Part shown: positions 10,482 through 19,859 of the stretch, piece by piece | How the letters are laid out: every line of letters begins with the position of its first letter | Numbering within the stretch: the stretch's first letter is position 1 | NCBI GenBank assembly: GCA_963773175.1 | Contig: CAVZAC010000006.1 | Span: 2,999-66,998, forward strand | Origin: an uncultured Actinomycetes bacterium | GTDB taxonomy: Bacteria; Actinomycetota; Thermoleophilia; Gaiellales; Gaiellaceae | DNA: 64,000 nt | Direction of reading: 5' to 3' | Made by a program: the position numbers and the translations under genes | Notes under the pieces: generated by a model | What the model was told of the DNA's origin: nothing | The model's input: the letters and a program-made list of their open reading frames with translations, nothing else | Database searches by the model: none

Positions 10482-10990
10482 TCAGACCGAAGCGACCTCC
10501 CGCAGCGCGGGCTGCAGCGCCGCGACCTCCCTCGCCCAGGCCCGGATCTCGTTCCAGTCCCGCGCGTCCGAGGCGGTCATGCGGCTGAACGGGAAGCGCT
10601 GCTTCGCGGGATCGAGCACGCCGCCAAAGATCGCCACGGCGACCGGCTCGACCTCGGGCACCGCTGCGAGCGCCCGGTCGAGCTGACTCCGTGACCCGGC
10701 CAGCTCCTTCTCGGACAGCGTCCGCGGGCCCATGGCGAAGACCGCGAACGGGCTTCACCGCCAGCGCATGCCGGTGCCGGTGCAGGAACCCCCGCGCGTC
10801 GCGGTGCAGCCGTCCCATGTAGAGGGCGCCGCCGAGCACGACTCCCTCGTAGTCGCTCAGATCCTGCACGTCGCCCGCGGGACGGACCTCGACCGCCAGC
10901 CCCTCCCGGTGCAGCGTCTTGCGCCACGGCCTCGGCGACCTCCTGCGTCGAGCCTCTCTTCGTCGCATACGCAACCAGGGTGCGTCCCAT
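10482..10990 (-). CDS. flavodoxin-domain protein; two frame breaks as sequenced
   Basis: MGRTLVAYATKRGSTQEVAEAVA, then KTLHREGLAVEVRPAGDVQDLSDYEGVVLGGALYMGRLH, then MGPRTLSEKELAGSRSQLDRAL...FGGVLDP lie in three consecutive frames. The +1 steps are at ~10925 and ~10740. ATG 10990 has GGAGG. Span is 3n+2. Confidence 0.6.
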
Positions 10991-11189
10991 CTCGACCTCC
11001 TTCGTCTCACCCGAAGTGAAGCGCCGGACGCTGCAGGCGCCGTCGGTGGCCGCGCGGATCCGCGGTCGGTGGAAGCACGGATCTCTATAGTGAGACCGCT
11101 GCAGCGCGATGAGGCTCGCGCCCAACCGCGGTCACGGTGCCGCTGATGGCCTCTACCGACCCACAGGCTCGCCTGACACGGAGGTAGAG

Positions 11190-12314
11190 ATGAGCGCACT
11201 TGCGGTAGCGGCACTCCTCGCTGGAACGATCCTCCTGGCCTCGATGATCTCGGTCGAGATCGGGCTCTCGGTCGCGCTGATCGAGCTCTTCGCCGGGGTC
11301 GTCGTCGGCAACGCGTTCCACCTCTCGGTTCCCGACTGGCTGAACTTCATCGGCGGCTTCGCCGGGATCCTGCTGACGTTCCTCGCGGGGGCCGAGGTCG
11401 ACGTGCCCCAGTTCAAGCGCGAGTGGAGGGCCTCACTCGCCATCGGCCTGGTCTCGTTCTCCGCGCCCTTCGTCGTGGTCGGGCTGCTGGCCTACTACGG
11501 GCTCGGCTGGAACCACCGCCAGGCGGAGATCGCCGGCATCGCGCTGTCCACGACGAGCCTCGCGGTGGTCTACGCCGTGCTCGTGGAGACGGGGCTGAAC
11601 CAGACGGTGATCGGCAAGCGGCTGATGTCGGCCACCTTCGTCACCGACTTCGGGACCGTCGTCGCGCTGACGATCCTGTTCATCAAGCCGACGATCTGGA
11701 TCGTGCCGTTCGTCGCCGTCTCGATCGCGCTGATCTGGGGGCTGCCGAAGCTCGCGCCGCACTTCTTCAAGCGCTACGGCAACCGGGTGATCGAGCCCGA
11801 GATCAAGCTCGTGTTCGCGTGCCTCTTCGTGCTCATGTGGCTCGGCGGCCGGGCCAACTCGCAGGCCGTGCTGCCCGCGTTCGTGCTCGGGCTCCTGATG
11901 AGCAGCCACTACGCGAGCCACCGCCTCGAGCAGGAGCGGCTGCGGGTCGTCGCGTTCGCGTTCCTCACGCCGTTCTTCTTCCTGAAGGGCGGCATGAACG
12001 TCTCGCTGAACGCGGTGTGGGCCAACCTCGGCATCCTCGCGCTGCTCGTTCGCCGGGAAGATGGTGCCGAAGATCGCCGGCGTCTACCCGCTCGCGCGCC
12101 GCTTCACCGCGCCGCACGCGGCGTTCACGACGCTGCTGATGTCGACCGGGCTCACGTTCGGGACGATCAGCGCGCTCTACGGGCTGAACGCGCACATCAT
12201 CGACCGCACGCAGTTCTCCCTGCTGATCTCCGTCGTCGTACTCTCTGCGATCGTGCCCACCGCGATCGCGCAGCGCTTCTTCCAGCCCCACGCGGCGGCG
12301 GAGCTGGCCCGTGA
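11190..12314 (+). CDS. cation:proton antiporter (CPA2/Na_H_Exchanger type); frame break ~12055, 3' end unresolved
   Basis: ATG 11190 has GGAGG upstream. The protein is highly hydrophobic and multi-helix. It runs in frame 3 to ~12055, then frame 1 (ORF 12061.., KMVPKIAGVYPLARRF...AIAQRFFQP). The end is either TGA 12312-12314 (frame 3, GTGA overlap) or TGA 12445-12447 (frame 1). Confidence 0.65.
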   Translation: MSALAVAALLAGTILLASMISVEIGLSVALIELFAGVVVGNAFHLSVPDWLNFIGGFAGILLTFLAGAEVDVPQFKREWRASLAIGLVSFSAPFVVVGLLAYYGLGWNHRQAEIAGIALSTTSLAVVYAVLVETGLNQTVIGKRLMSATFVTDFGTVVALTILFIKPTIWIVPFVAVSIALIWGLPKLAPHFFKRYGNRVIEPEIKLVFACLFVLMWLGGRANSQAVLPAFVLGLLMSSHYASHRLEQERLRVVAFAFLTPFFFLKGGMNVSLNAVWANLGILALLVRREDGAEDRRRLPARAPLHRAARGVHDAADVDRAHVRDDQRALRAERAHHRPHAVLPADLRRRTLCDRAHRDRAALLPAPRGGGAGP

Positions 12315-12352
12315 CCGCGCCGGGCGCCGCGGCACTCGAGTCGGAGGTGGTC

Positions 12353-12782
12353 GTGACATGCCCTTCGACGCGGATCCTGGTGGCGATCGACGGCTCGGAT
12401 GCGTCGGATCGCGCGTTCGCGCACGGCGCTCGAGCTCGCCGTGCTGACCGGCGCGACCCTCACGGCGCTCGCCATCGAGGGGCCGCTGCCCGCCTACGCG
12501 GCGACGATCGGAGAGGTCGACGAGGTCAAGCGCGAGAAGGACGCGTTCTTCACCGGGCTCGCCACTCGGTCGCAGGAGCAGGCGCGTGCCGCCGGGGTCG
12601 AGGTCGCCGTCGAGCTGCGGCCGGGCCACCCGGCCGAGGTGATCTCGGAGTTCGCCGCGGCCGGCGGGCACGACCTCGTCGTGCTCGGCCACAAGGGCCA
12701 CTTCCTGCGCGACCACCTGCTCGGCTCGACCGCCGACCGCGTCTCCGAGCATGCGCCCTGCCCCGTGATGATCGTGCGCTAG
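12353..12782 (+). CDS. universal stress protein (UspA family); one frame break
   Basis: STRILVAIDGSDASDRAFAH is in frame 2. ALELAVLTGATLTALAI...GHDLVVLGHKGH...LLGSTADRVSEHAPCPVMIVR* is in frame 3 (ORF 12399..12782). The +1 step is at ~12425. GTG 12353 has GGAGG upstream; GTG 12311 is an alternative start. Confidence 0.75.
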
Positions 12783-12818
12783 CGGAGGCCGCGCGAGAGC
12801 CGCGTACACTGTGCGGCC

Positions 12819-14230
12819 GTGTTCGACGCGCTCTCAGACAGGCTCCAGGCCACGCTCGGCGACCTCCGCGGCCGCGGCCGGCTCGACGACGAGGCGATCT
12901 CGAAGGCGATGCGCGAGATCCGGCTCGCGCTGCTCGAGGCGGACGTCAACTTCGGCGTGGTGAAGGAGTTCGTCGCGGGCGTCCGCGAGCGGGCGCTCGG
13001 CGCCGACGTGCTGGCGAGCATCACGCCCGGCCAGCAGGTCGTGAAGATCGTCCACGAGGAGCTGACCGCGCTGATGGGCTCGGGCGACTCGCGGCTGGCC
13101 TTCGCCGGCAAGCCGCCGACCGTGATCCTGCTCGCCGGGCTCCAGGGCTCGGGCAAGACGACGGCCGCCGCCAAGCTCGCGCTGCTGCTGCAGAAGGACG
13201 GGAAGCGGCCGGCGCTCGTCGCCGCCGACCTGCAGCGGCCGGCGGCGATCGACCAGCTGCAGCAGCTCGGCGCCCAGATCGAGCGTGCCGGTGTATGCGG
13301 ACGACCGCGCCGACCCCGTGACCGCCGTCCGGCTGGGCATCGAGCGGGCCCGGGCTGAGAGCCGGGACGTCGTGATCCTCGACACGGCCGGCCGCCTTCA
13401 CGTCGACGAGTCGCTGATGGACGAGCTCGCGGCCGTCCGCAAGGAGGCGCGGCCGACGAACGTCCTGCTCGTCGTCGACGCGATGACCGGCCAGGAAGCC
13501 GTCTCGGTCGCCCAGGCCTTCCAGGAGCGGGTCGCCTTCGACGGCGTGATCCTCACGAAGCTCGACGGCGACGCCCGCGGCGGGGCGGCCCTGTCCGTCA
13601 GGGCCGTGACCGGGAGGCCCATCAAGCTCGCCTCCACGGGCGAGAAGCTCGACCAGCTCGAGTGGTTCCACCCCGATCGCATGGCGTCGCGGATCCTCGG
13701 CATGGGCGACGTGCTCACGCTGATCGAGCGCGCCGAGGCCGCGGTCGAGGTGGACGAGAAGGAGGAGATGGAGCGCCGCATGATGCGCGGCGAGTTCACC
13801 TTCGACGACTTTCTGCGCAGCTACCGGATGCTGCGCAGGATGGGCCCGCTGCAGGGCGTCCTGAAGATGATCCCGGGGATGGGCAAGCAGCTCGAGGGAC
13901 TCGACCAGGTCGACGACCGGCAGATGGCGCGGGTCGAGGCGGTCATCCTCTCGATGACGCCCCACGAGCGGCGCGTCCCGCACGTGATCGACGGCTCGCG
14001 GCGTCGCCGCATCGCCGCCGGCAGCGGCACGACGGTCGAGCAGGTGAACCAGCTCATCGAGGGCCGCAAGATGATGGCCAAGATGATGAAGCAGGTCGGG
14101 AAAGGGCAAGATGCCCGCGCTGCCGGGGATGCCCGAGCTGCCGGGCGCGTCCGGATCGGGCGGCCACGCCCGCTCGGCCACGCGGAGCACGAAGAACAAG
14201 CGGAAAGCGAAGAGAAAGAGTCGGAAGTGA
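12819..14230 (+). CDS. ffh: signal recognition particle protein Ffh (SRP54); two frame breaks
   Basis: MFDALSDRLQ, GLQGSGKTTAAAKLA, DTAGRLH, TKLDGDARGG, an M domain, and the basic tail RSTKNKRKAKRKSRK*. Frames go 3 -> 1 (~13285) -> 2 (~14108, ggg aaa ggg [c] aag atg). Span is 3n+2. Confidence 0.9.
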
Positions 14231-14368
14231 TGGATACGAGCGTCTGCATCGCGGGCGGAGGCGGGCTTGCGCCGCCGCAGCCCACCTGGCAGATGTCCAT
14301 CGGCACACTGCAAAGGAGGGGGCTCATGGGGGAACCATGGGTTCCCACATGTTGAGGAGGTAAACGGT

Positions 14369-14611
14369 TTGGCAGTTCGCATGAGGTTGACGCGGGTCGG
14401 TTCGAAGAAGAATCCGATCTACCGCGTCGTCGTCGCCGACTCGCGCTCGCCGCGGGACGGCAAGTTCATCGAGATCGTCGGTCGCTACAACCCGCAGACC
14501 GATCCCTCGATCATCGAGTTCAACGAGGAGCGGGTGAAGCACTGGCTGTCGGTCGGAGTCCAGCCGACCGACCAGGTCCACCGCCTGCTGAAGACGCAGA
14601 ATCTCCGGTGA
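14369..14611 (+). CDS. rpsP: 30S ribosomal protein S16
   Basis: TTG 14369 with GGAGG 8 nt upstream. Sequence [35 protein letters not shown]... (tail of ORF 14267..14611). Confidence 0.9.
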   Translation: MAVRMRLTRVGSKKNPIYRVVVADSRSPRDGKFIEIVGRYNPQTDPSIIEFNEERVKHWLSVGVQPTDQVHRLLKTQNLR

Positions 14612-14645
14612 ACCCGGGGCGGACGATGGGCCGGGGGGTCGCGGC

Positions 14646-14876
14646 GTGAAGGAGCTGCTCGAGTTCCTGGCCCGCAGCCTCGTGGACGACCCGGATGCGG
14701 TGCGGGTCGACGCGGCGGAGGAGGACGACGCGCTCGTTCTCCGGCTGCATGTCGCGCCGGCGGACGTGGGCAAGGTGATCGGACGGCAGGGCCGCATCGT
14801 CCGCGCGCTGCGCACGGTCGTCCGTGCCGCCGGTGTCCGCGAGAACCGGCGGGTGCTGCTCGAGATCGTGGACTAG
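14646..14876 (+). CDS. KH-domain RNA-binding protein (YlqC family)
   Basis: Intact 76-aa ORF with VGKVIGRQGRIVRALRTV (GxxG KH motif). It sits between rpsP and rimM as usual. Confidence 0.8.
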   Translation: MKELLEFLARSLVDDPDAVRVDAAEEDDALVLRLHVAPADVGKVIGRQGRIVRALRTVVRAAGVRENRRVLLEIVD

Positions 14877-14880
14877 GCCG

Positions 14881-15624
14881 GTGCGGGTCGCGGCGCTCTA
14901 CGACATCCACGGGATGGCGGACGCGCTCGGCGCCGTGCTGGCGGACGTGGAGCGGGCGGACGTCGACGCGATCGTGGTCGGCGGCGACACCGTGGGAGGC
15001 CCGCAGCCGGCCGAGACGATGGCGCTGCTGCGGACGTCGGGCGTTCCCCTCCACTGGATCCGCGGGAACGGCGATCGGGCGCTCGGCGAGGACGGGGCGA
15101 CCGGCGCGGACGCCGAGACCCTGGCCTTCACGGTCGAGCGCCTCGATCCGGCGGATCGGGCGTTTCTGACGGCGCTCCCCGAGCAGCTCGAGCTCGACGT
15201 CGAAGGACTCGGGCCCGTGCTCTTCTGCCACGGCACGCCGCGGAAGCGACATCGAGCTCGTCACGCCGGAGACGCCCGAGTGGGTGCTCCGCCGGGCGCT
15301 GGAGGGCGTCGACGCCGGCGTCGTCGTGAGCGGGCACACGCACATGCAGTTCGACCGGCGCGTGGACGGCCGGCGCTGGCTCAACGCGGGCTCGGTCGGT
15401 ATGCCGTACCAGGGGGACGTCGCCGCGTTCTGGGCGCTGCGTCGGCCCGGATCTCGAGCTGCGCCGGACGCCGTTCGACACCGAGCAGGCGGAGCGCGCA
15501 ATCCTCGGCTCGGGATGGCCGGAGGCTGCGGAGTTCGTTGCCGAGAACCTCCGGCAGGCCGTCCCCGGCGCGGCAGCCATCGCCGCACTTCGAGCGTGTC
15601 GCGGCCGAGCGCGGCGAACGGTGA
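14881..15624 (+). CDS. metallophosphoesterase-family protein; three frame breaks
   Basis: VRVAALYDIHG...VVGGDTVGG...IRGNGD...FCHGTP (frame 1), then LRRALEGVDAGVVVSGHTHMQFDRRVDGRRWLNAGSVGMPY (frame 2), then GPDLELRRTPFDTEQAERAILGSGWPEAAEF (frame 3), then HFERVAAERGER* (frame 1). Span is 3n with three +1 steps. The stop overlaps the rimM GTG (GTGA). Confidence 0.6.
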   Translation: MRVAALYDIHGMADALGAVLADVERADVDAIVVGGDTVGGPQPAETMALLRTSGVPLHWIRGNGDRALGEDGATGADAETLAFTVERLDPADRAFLTALPEQLELDVEGLGPVLFCHGTPRKRHRARHAGDARVGAPPGAGGRRRRRRRERAHAHAVRPARGRPALAQRGLGRYAVPGGRRRVLGAASARISSCAGRRSTPSRRSAQSSARDGRRLRSSLPRTSGRPSPARQPSPHFERVAAERGER

Positions 15625-16088
15625 GCCGCGACCGCGTCCAGGTGGGTCGAGTCGGGCGCCCGCACGGCATCAACGGCGCGTTCGTGGTCGAGCGCCCGAG
15701 CGAGACGCCGGAGCGGTATGCGGTCGGCGCGACGTTGCTCGTGGGCGGCGAGCCGGCGACGGTCGTCGAGTCGAAGCGCTCCGGAGGCCGCACCGTGATC
15801 CGGCTCGACCGTGCCGTCGACCGGGGGGCGGCGATCGAGCTCGCACGTGACGCCCTCGGGCCGCCTGCGCCGGACTCGTTCTACGTCTTCCAGCTCGTCG
15901 GCCTGGCGGTCGCGGAGGAGGGTGGACGGGAGCTCGGCCGGGTCAACGCCGTCAGACCCGGCGTCGCCAACGACGTGCTCGAGCTCGACACGGGGCTCGC
16001 GCTCCCGATGGTCGAGGACTGCATCCGGGGGATCGATCTCGACGGGGGCAGCATCCTCGTCGCGCCCGGGTTCGCGGACGAGGGATAA
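15621..16088 (+). CDS. rimM: 16S rRNA processing protein RimM
   Basis: Intact 155-aa ORF (VQVGRVGRPHGINGAFVV..., C-terminal PRC barrel). It is in the rpsP-rimM-trmD context. Confidence 0.85.
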   Translation: MSRDRVQVGRVGRPHGINGAFVVERPSETPERYAVGATLLVGGEPATVVESKRSGGRTVIRLDRAVDRGAAIELARDALGPPAPDSFYVFQLVGLAVAEEGGRELGRVNAVRPGVANDVLELDTGLALPMVEDCIRGIDLDGGSILVAPGFADEG

Positions 16089-16149
16089 CCTGAGATGGTC
16101 GCGCAGGGCCGCCTCGCCGTATGACCATCCTCTACTCCGGCCAACCACG

Positions 16150-17022
16150 GTGACCACAGCACAGGTCGTCGATCTCATACGCGAGCACAGGGCTCTCGAC
16201 CTGCGGCTGGTCGGAGCCTTCGCGGGGGGCGAGATCGGCGCGACCGACGTCCGTGGCTGCGACGGCACCAGATACGTCCTCAAGTGGTGGCCGGGACCGG
16301 AGCACCTGGAGTCGGCCCGGAGGGCGGCCGTTCTCGGCGAGCGCCTGCGGAACCGCAGCTACCCCGTTCCCCGGTACCCCTTGGTTGACGCCGTGAACGG
16401 TGTGACGGTCATGCTCCAAGAGCATCTCGACGGCGCGGCGGGCGACGTTGTCGCCGATCCCGTCGCCGGCGAGCTGTGCCTGCTCAACGAGCTACAGGCG
16501 GGCGCGGGCGACCTTGACGGAGGCGCCTGGCGCGAGCACATCGTCGGGTCGCTCGTCGAGGGGTGCGACGGATACTGCGTCCATCAATCACTCCGCGACT
16601 ACGACGCCCGGACCGCTTCCCTTCTCGACGAGATCGAGCGCATTGGTCGCTCTGCACACCTGGATCGGCTGCCGACCGGAGACATCGTCCACGGCGACTT
16701 CCACCACCGCAACGTGCTCGTCCGAGACGGCCGAGTCGGCGCGGTCATAGATTGGGAAGGATGCCGCTCCGGCGACCGGCTGTTCGACCTCGTGACGCTC
16801 TCGTTCGGGCTATCCGTCGCGTCCGTTTCCGAACGAGCCCGCGAACGCGTGTGGCAGATCGTGTGCGACGGAACGGAGCGTGAGGCGCGTCGCGCGTATG
16901 TCGCACATATGGCGCTCAGGCAGGTGGACTGGTCGATTCGTTACCGGACGACGGCGGACGTGGATCACTGGCTGGCGGTTTCCGAGGACTTCATGAAGCG
17001 GGCCGAGGGTGGTCATGGGTGA
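16150..17022 (+). CDS. aminoglycoside/choline-kinase-type phosphotransferase (APH family)
   Basis: Tail of ORF 15811..17022, starting at GTG 16150. The catalytic-loop-like IVHGDFHHRNVLV and the following VIDWEG match the Brenner/APH motif pattern. Intact. Confidence 0.65.
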   Translation: MTTAQVVDLIREHRALDLRLVGAFAGGEIGATDVRGCDGTRYVLKWWPGPEHLESARRAAVLGERLRNRSYPVPRYPLVDAVNGVTVMLQEHLDGAAGDVVADPVAGELCLLNELQAGAGDLDGGAWREHIVGSLVEGCDGYCVHQSLRDYDARTASLLDEIERIGRSAHLDRLPTGDIVHGDFHHRNVLVRDGRVGAVIDWEGCRSGDRLFDLVTLSFGLSVASVSERARERVWQIVCDGTEREARRAYVAHMALRQVDWSIRYRTTADVDHWLAVSEDFMKRAEGGHG

Positions 17023-17060
17023 AACCCGTGGGATTCGTGGGTAACGGGCCCTCCTAGCCG

Positions 17061-17717
17061 TTGCAGCTCGACGTCTTCACGCTCCTGCCGCAGGCGTTCG
17101 CCTGGCTGACCGAGCAGCGGCCCGTCGCTGCGGTGCTGGGCGGCGAGCTCGACCTCCGGCTGTTCAGCTACCGGGACACGACCCCTCTCCGTTCGGGCCA
17201 GGTAGACGACACGCCGTACGGCGGCGGCGCCGGGATGGTGCTGCGCGTCGATGTGGTCGCCGCGGCAATCGACGCCGTGTACGGCGGCGTACCCGGGCAC
17301 CGGGTCGTCGCTCTGACCCCGCAGGGTCGGCAGCTCACCCAGCGGGTCGTCGACGAGCTCGCCGCCGAGTCACGGCTGACCTTGCTGTCCGCGCGCTTCG
17401 AGGGCTTCGACGAGCGCGTGATCGCCCATCTCGCGTCCGATGCGGTCTCGATCGGCCCCTACGTTCTCTCCGGCGGCGAGCTGCCCGCGATGGTGCTGCT
17501 GGACGCGATCGCCCGCCGCCTCCCGGGCGCGCTCAGCGAGGAATCGGGTCTGATGGAGAGCTTCTCGCCCGGGCTCGACGGCGGCCTCGAGTACCCGCAC
17601 TACTCGCGCCCGGCCGAGTTCCGCGGCTGGCGTGTGCCGGACGTGCTCGTGTCCGGCGATCACGGCCGGATCGACGAGTGGCGGCTGGAGCAGAGCCGGT
17701 CGAGAAGCCTCGGGTGA
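17061..17717 (+). CDS. trmD: tRNA (guanine37-N1)-methyltransferase TrmD
   Basis: Intact 218-aa ORF with TTG start. Contains DDTPYGGGAGMVL and RFEGFDERV. Confidence 0.9.
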   Translation: MQLDVFTLLPQAFAWLTEQRPVAAVLGGELDLRLFSYRDTTPLRSGQVDDTPYGGGAGMVLRVDVVAAAIDAVYGGVPGHRVVALTPQGRQLTQRVVDELAAESRLTLLSARFEGFDERVIAHLASDAVSIGPYVLSGGELPAMVLLDAIARRLPGALSEESGLMESFSPGLDGGLEYPHYSRPAEFRGWRVPDVLVSGDHGRIDEWRLEQSRSRSLG

Positions 17718-18313
17718 AGAACCCGATCGATCGGCTGACCGCGAGGCTGCCGCGGCCGTGGCAGATTGCGATCGACTGGATCGTGACCATCGCGGTCGCC
17801 GTCCTGATCGTGCTTGCGGTGAAGGCGTGGGTGGTCAACCCGTACCGGATCCCGTCCTCGTCGATGGAGCCGACGCTGCACTGCGCGCGCCCCGGGCCCG
17901 GCTGCCTCGCGTCCCACTCGGATCGGGTGCTCGCCTGCCGCTTCTGCTACCGGTTCCATTCGCCGCATCGCGGTGACATCGTCGTCTTCAACACGCCGCC
18001 GACGGCCGCCGACCGGTGCGGCGAGGGCGGCGTCTTCGTCAAACGGCTGATCGGCCTTCCCGGCGATCACGTCGACTACGACGGCAGTCGCCTGCGTATC
18101 AACGGCAATCTGATCCCGGAGCCGTACGTGAAGCCGGGCCGCGCGGGCGGTGACGTCGGCCTCTGGATCGTGCCGCGGGGCTACTACTTCATGATGGGCG
18201 ACAACCGCCGTCAGTCGTGCGACTCGAGGTCGTGGGGCCCTGTGCCGCGCAAGAACCTGATCGGCCCGGTGTTCGCGACCTACTGGCCCCTGAACCGCAT
18301 TTCCTTCAGGTGA
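17714..18313 (+). CDS. lepB: signal peptidase I (copy 1)
   Basis: ORF 17678..18313. GTG 17714 overlaps the trmD stop (GTGA). It has a TM anchor, IPSSSMEPTL (catalytic Ser), VKRLIGLPGD (Lys) and MMGDNRRQSCDSR. Intact. Confidence 0.85.
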   Translation: MKNPIDRLTARLPRPWQIAIDWIVTIAVAVLIVLAVKAWVVNPYRIPSSSMEPTLHCARPGPGCLASHSDRVLACRFCYRFHSPHRGDIVVFNTPPTAADRCGEGGVFVKRLIGLPGDHVDYDGSRLRINGNLIPEPYVKPGRAGGDVGLWIVPRGYYFMMGDNRRQSCDSRSWGPVPRKNLIGPVFATYWPLNRISFR

Positions 18314-18653
18314 TCGGCGCGGCCCGTCACGGACGCGGGTATCCTCGCATCCGGCCTTCGCCGTTCGCCGTCCGAGCGGTGCCCTCGGAGATCGGCTGAA
18401 CAGCGCGACAGCGAGCAATGATGGACACCACGGACACAGCGGAGCCAGCGGATCCGGCACAGCCGGCGGGTTCGGCGGGCCGGCGGAGCCCGACGCGCGG
18501 GCCGAGCCCGCAGAGGCCGCCGATCCGGCGGTCGCGGCGCAGCCCGTCGGGCCGACCGCGCCCGGTGAAAGCGCAGAGCCGGTAACGACGCCCGAGCTGG
18601 CCGATCCGTCCGGTACAGCCGAGCCCGCGGAGACGGCGGAGACGGCGGCGCCC

Positions 18654-19313
18654 ATGGGGCTCGCCGCGCCCATGGAGCCGGCGCTGGAGGCCGAGCGGCC
18701 TCGCAAGCGGAAATCGCGGAACCCGGTCGACCGGCTGACCGCCGGGCTGCCGCGGCCCTGGCGGATCGCGATCGACTGGATCGTGACGATCGTCGGCGCG
18801 GTCCTGATCGTGCTCGCGATCAAGGCCTGGATCGTCAACCCGTACCGGATCCCGTCCTCGTCGATGGAGCCCACGCTGCATTGCGCGCGCCCCGGCGAGG
18901 GCTGCGAGGCGCGCCTGTCCGACCGCGTGCTCGCGAACCGGTTCATCTACCGCTTCCGCTCGCCGCACCGCGGCGAGATCGTCGTCTTCAAGACGCCCCC
19001 GCAGGCCGAGAGCAGCTGCGGCGCGGGCGGGACGTTCGTGAAGCGGCTGATCGGCCTTCCCGGCGACAGGCTCACGTACAACGGATCGCGCCTCATTCGA
19101 AACGGGCAGGTCGTGAACGAGCCGTACGTCAAGCCGGCGCGCCAGGGCGGGCAGACGGGCCACTGGGTCGTTCCCGCGGGCAACTACTTCATGATGGGCG
19201 ACAACCGCGCCGAGTCGTGCGACTCGCGCGTCTGGGGCCCGGTGCCGCGCAAGAACCTGATCGGCCCCGTGTTCGCGACCTACTGGCCGCCGACGCGGCT
19301 CTCGTTCCACTGA
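18654..19313 (+). CDS. lepB: signal peptidase I (copy 2); possibly with N-terminal extension from ~18418
   Basis: Intact 219-aa ORF with the same motifs as copy 1 (IPSSSMEPTL, VKRLIGLPGD, MMGDNRAESCDSR). The frame stays open and coding-like (Pro/Ala/Glu-rich) upstream to 18402. Confidence 0.85.
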   Translation: MGLAAPMEPALEAERPRKRKSRNPVDRLTAGLPRPWRIAIDWIVTIVGAVLIVLAIKAWIVNPYRIPSSSMEPTLHCARPGEGCEARLSDRVLANRFIYRFRSPHRGEIVVFKTPPQAESSCGAGGTFVKRLIGLPGDRLTYNGSRLIRNGQVVNEPYVKPARQGGQTGHWVVPAGNYFMMGDNRAESCDSRVWGPVPRKNLIGPVFATYWPPTRLSFH

Positions 19314-19363
19314 CCCGGCGATTCGTTCGCTAGGATTGTCCACCGCCCTCGGTCGCCTTTCCA

Positions 19364-19856
19364 ATGAGCAAGATCATCGAGTCCATCGAGCAGCGCCAGC
19401 TGCGCCCCAACCTGCCGCAGTTCAAGGCGGGGGACACGGTTCGCGTGCATTTCCAGGTGATCGAGGGCCAGCGCCGCCGCGTCCAGGTGTTCGAGGGCAT
19501 CGTGATCAAGCGCCAGGGCGCCGGTGCGCGCGAGACGTTCACCGTCCGCAAGCAGTCGTTCGGCATCGGGGTCGAGCGCACGTTCCCGCTCCACTCGCCG
19601 AAGATCGAGAAGATCGACGTGATGGCGATCGGCGACGTCAACCGCGCGAAGCTCTACTACCTGCGCGGCAAGGTCGGCAAGAAGGCCCGCGTCCGCGAGA
19701 AGCAGCACGTACGCGTCCCGAAGCAGTCCGTGGAGGCAGCGTCCGCGGTCGAGGCGGAGGCCGCGGTCGAGCCCGAGCCTGAGCCGGAGGCCGCCGCCGA
19801 GCCCGAGGCCGAGGCGGTCACGGTTCCCGAGCACGCCCGCCGAGAGCGACGCGTAG
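19364..19856 (+). CDS. rplS: 50S ribosomal protein L19 with acidic C-terminal tail; one frame break near the end
   Basis: [13 protein letters not shown]...[33 protein letters not shown]...[14 protein letters not shown]. As sequenced the frame runs on to 20896. Removing one base at ~19830 gives ...[14 protein letters not shown] with TAG 19854-19856. Span is 3n+1. Confidence 0.75.
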
Positions 19857-19859
19857 AGC

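Noticed and set aside
11085-11094. CTATAGTGAG (reverse complement CTCACTATAG), identical to the core of the phage T7 promoter. It lies in the divergent spacer between the flavodoxin and antiporter genes.
   Set aside because: Only positions -9 to +1 match and the specificity region upstream does not. No phage-type RNA polymerase context is present. This is most likely a chance match in an AT-richer promoter spacer.
11000-11189. A possible c-di-AMP (ydaO-type) or other riboswitch upstream of the cation antiporter.
   Set aside because: I could not find the conserved core elements or a convincing pseudo-twofold structure by eye. It would need a covariance-model scan (Rfam/Infernal) to be asserted.
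14100-14115. Programmed +1 ribosomal frameshifting or another recoding mechanism as the explanation for the frame breaks (ffh site shown as an example).
   Set aside because: There is no shared slippery or stop-codon context at the junctions I resolved. About 37 unrelated genes are hit, some more than 7 times. Sister repeat copies show the same positions without the extra base.
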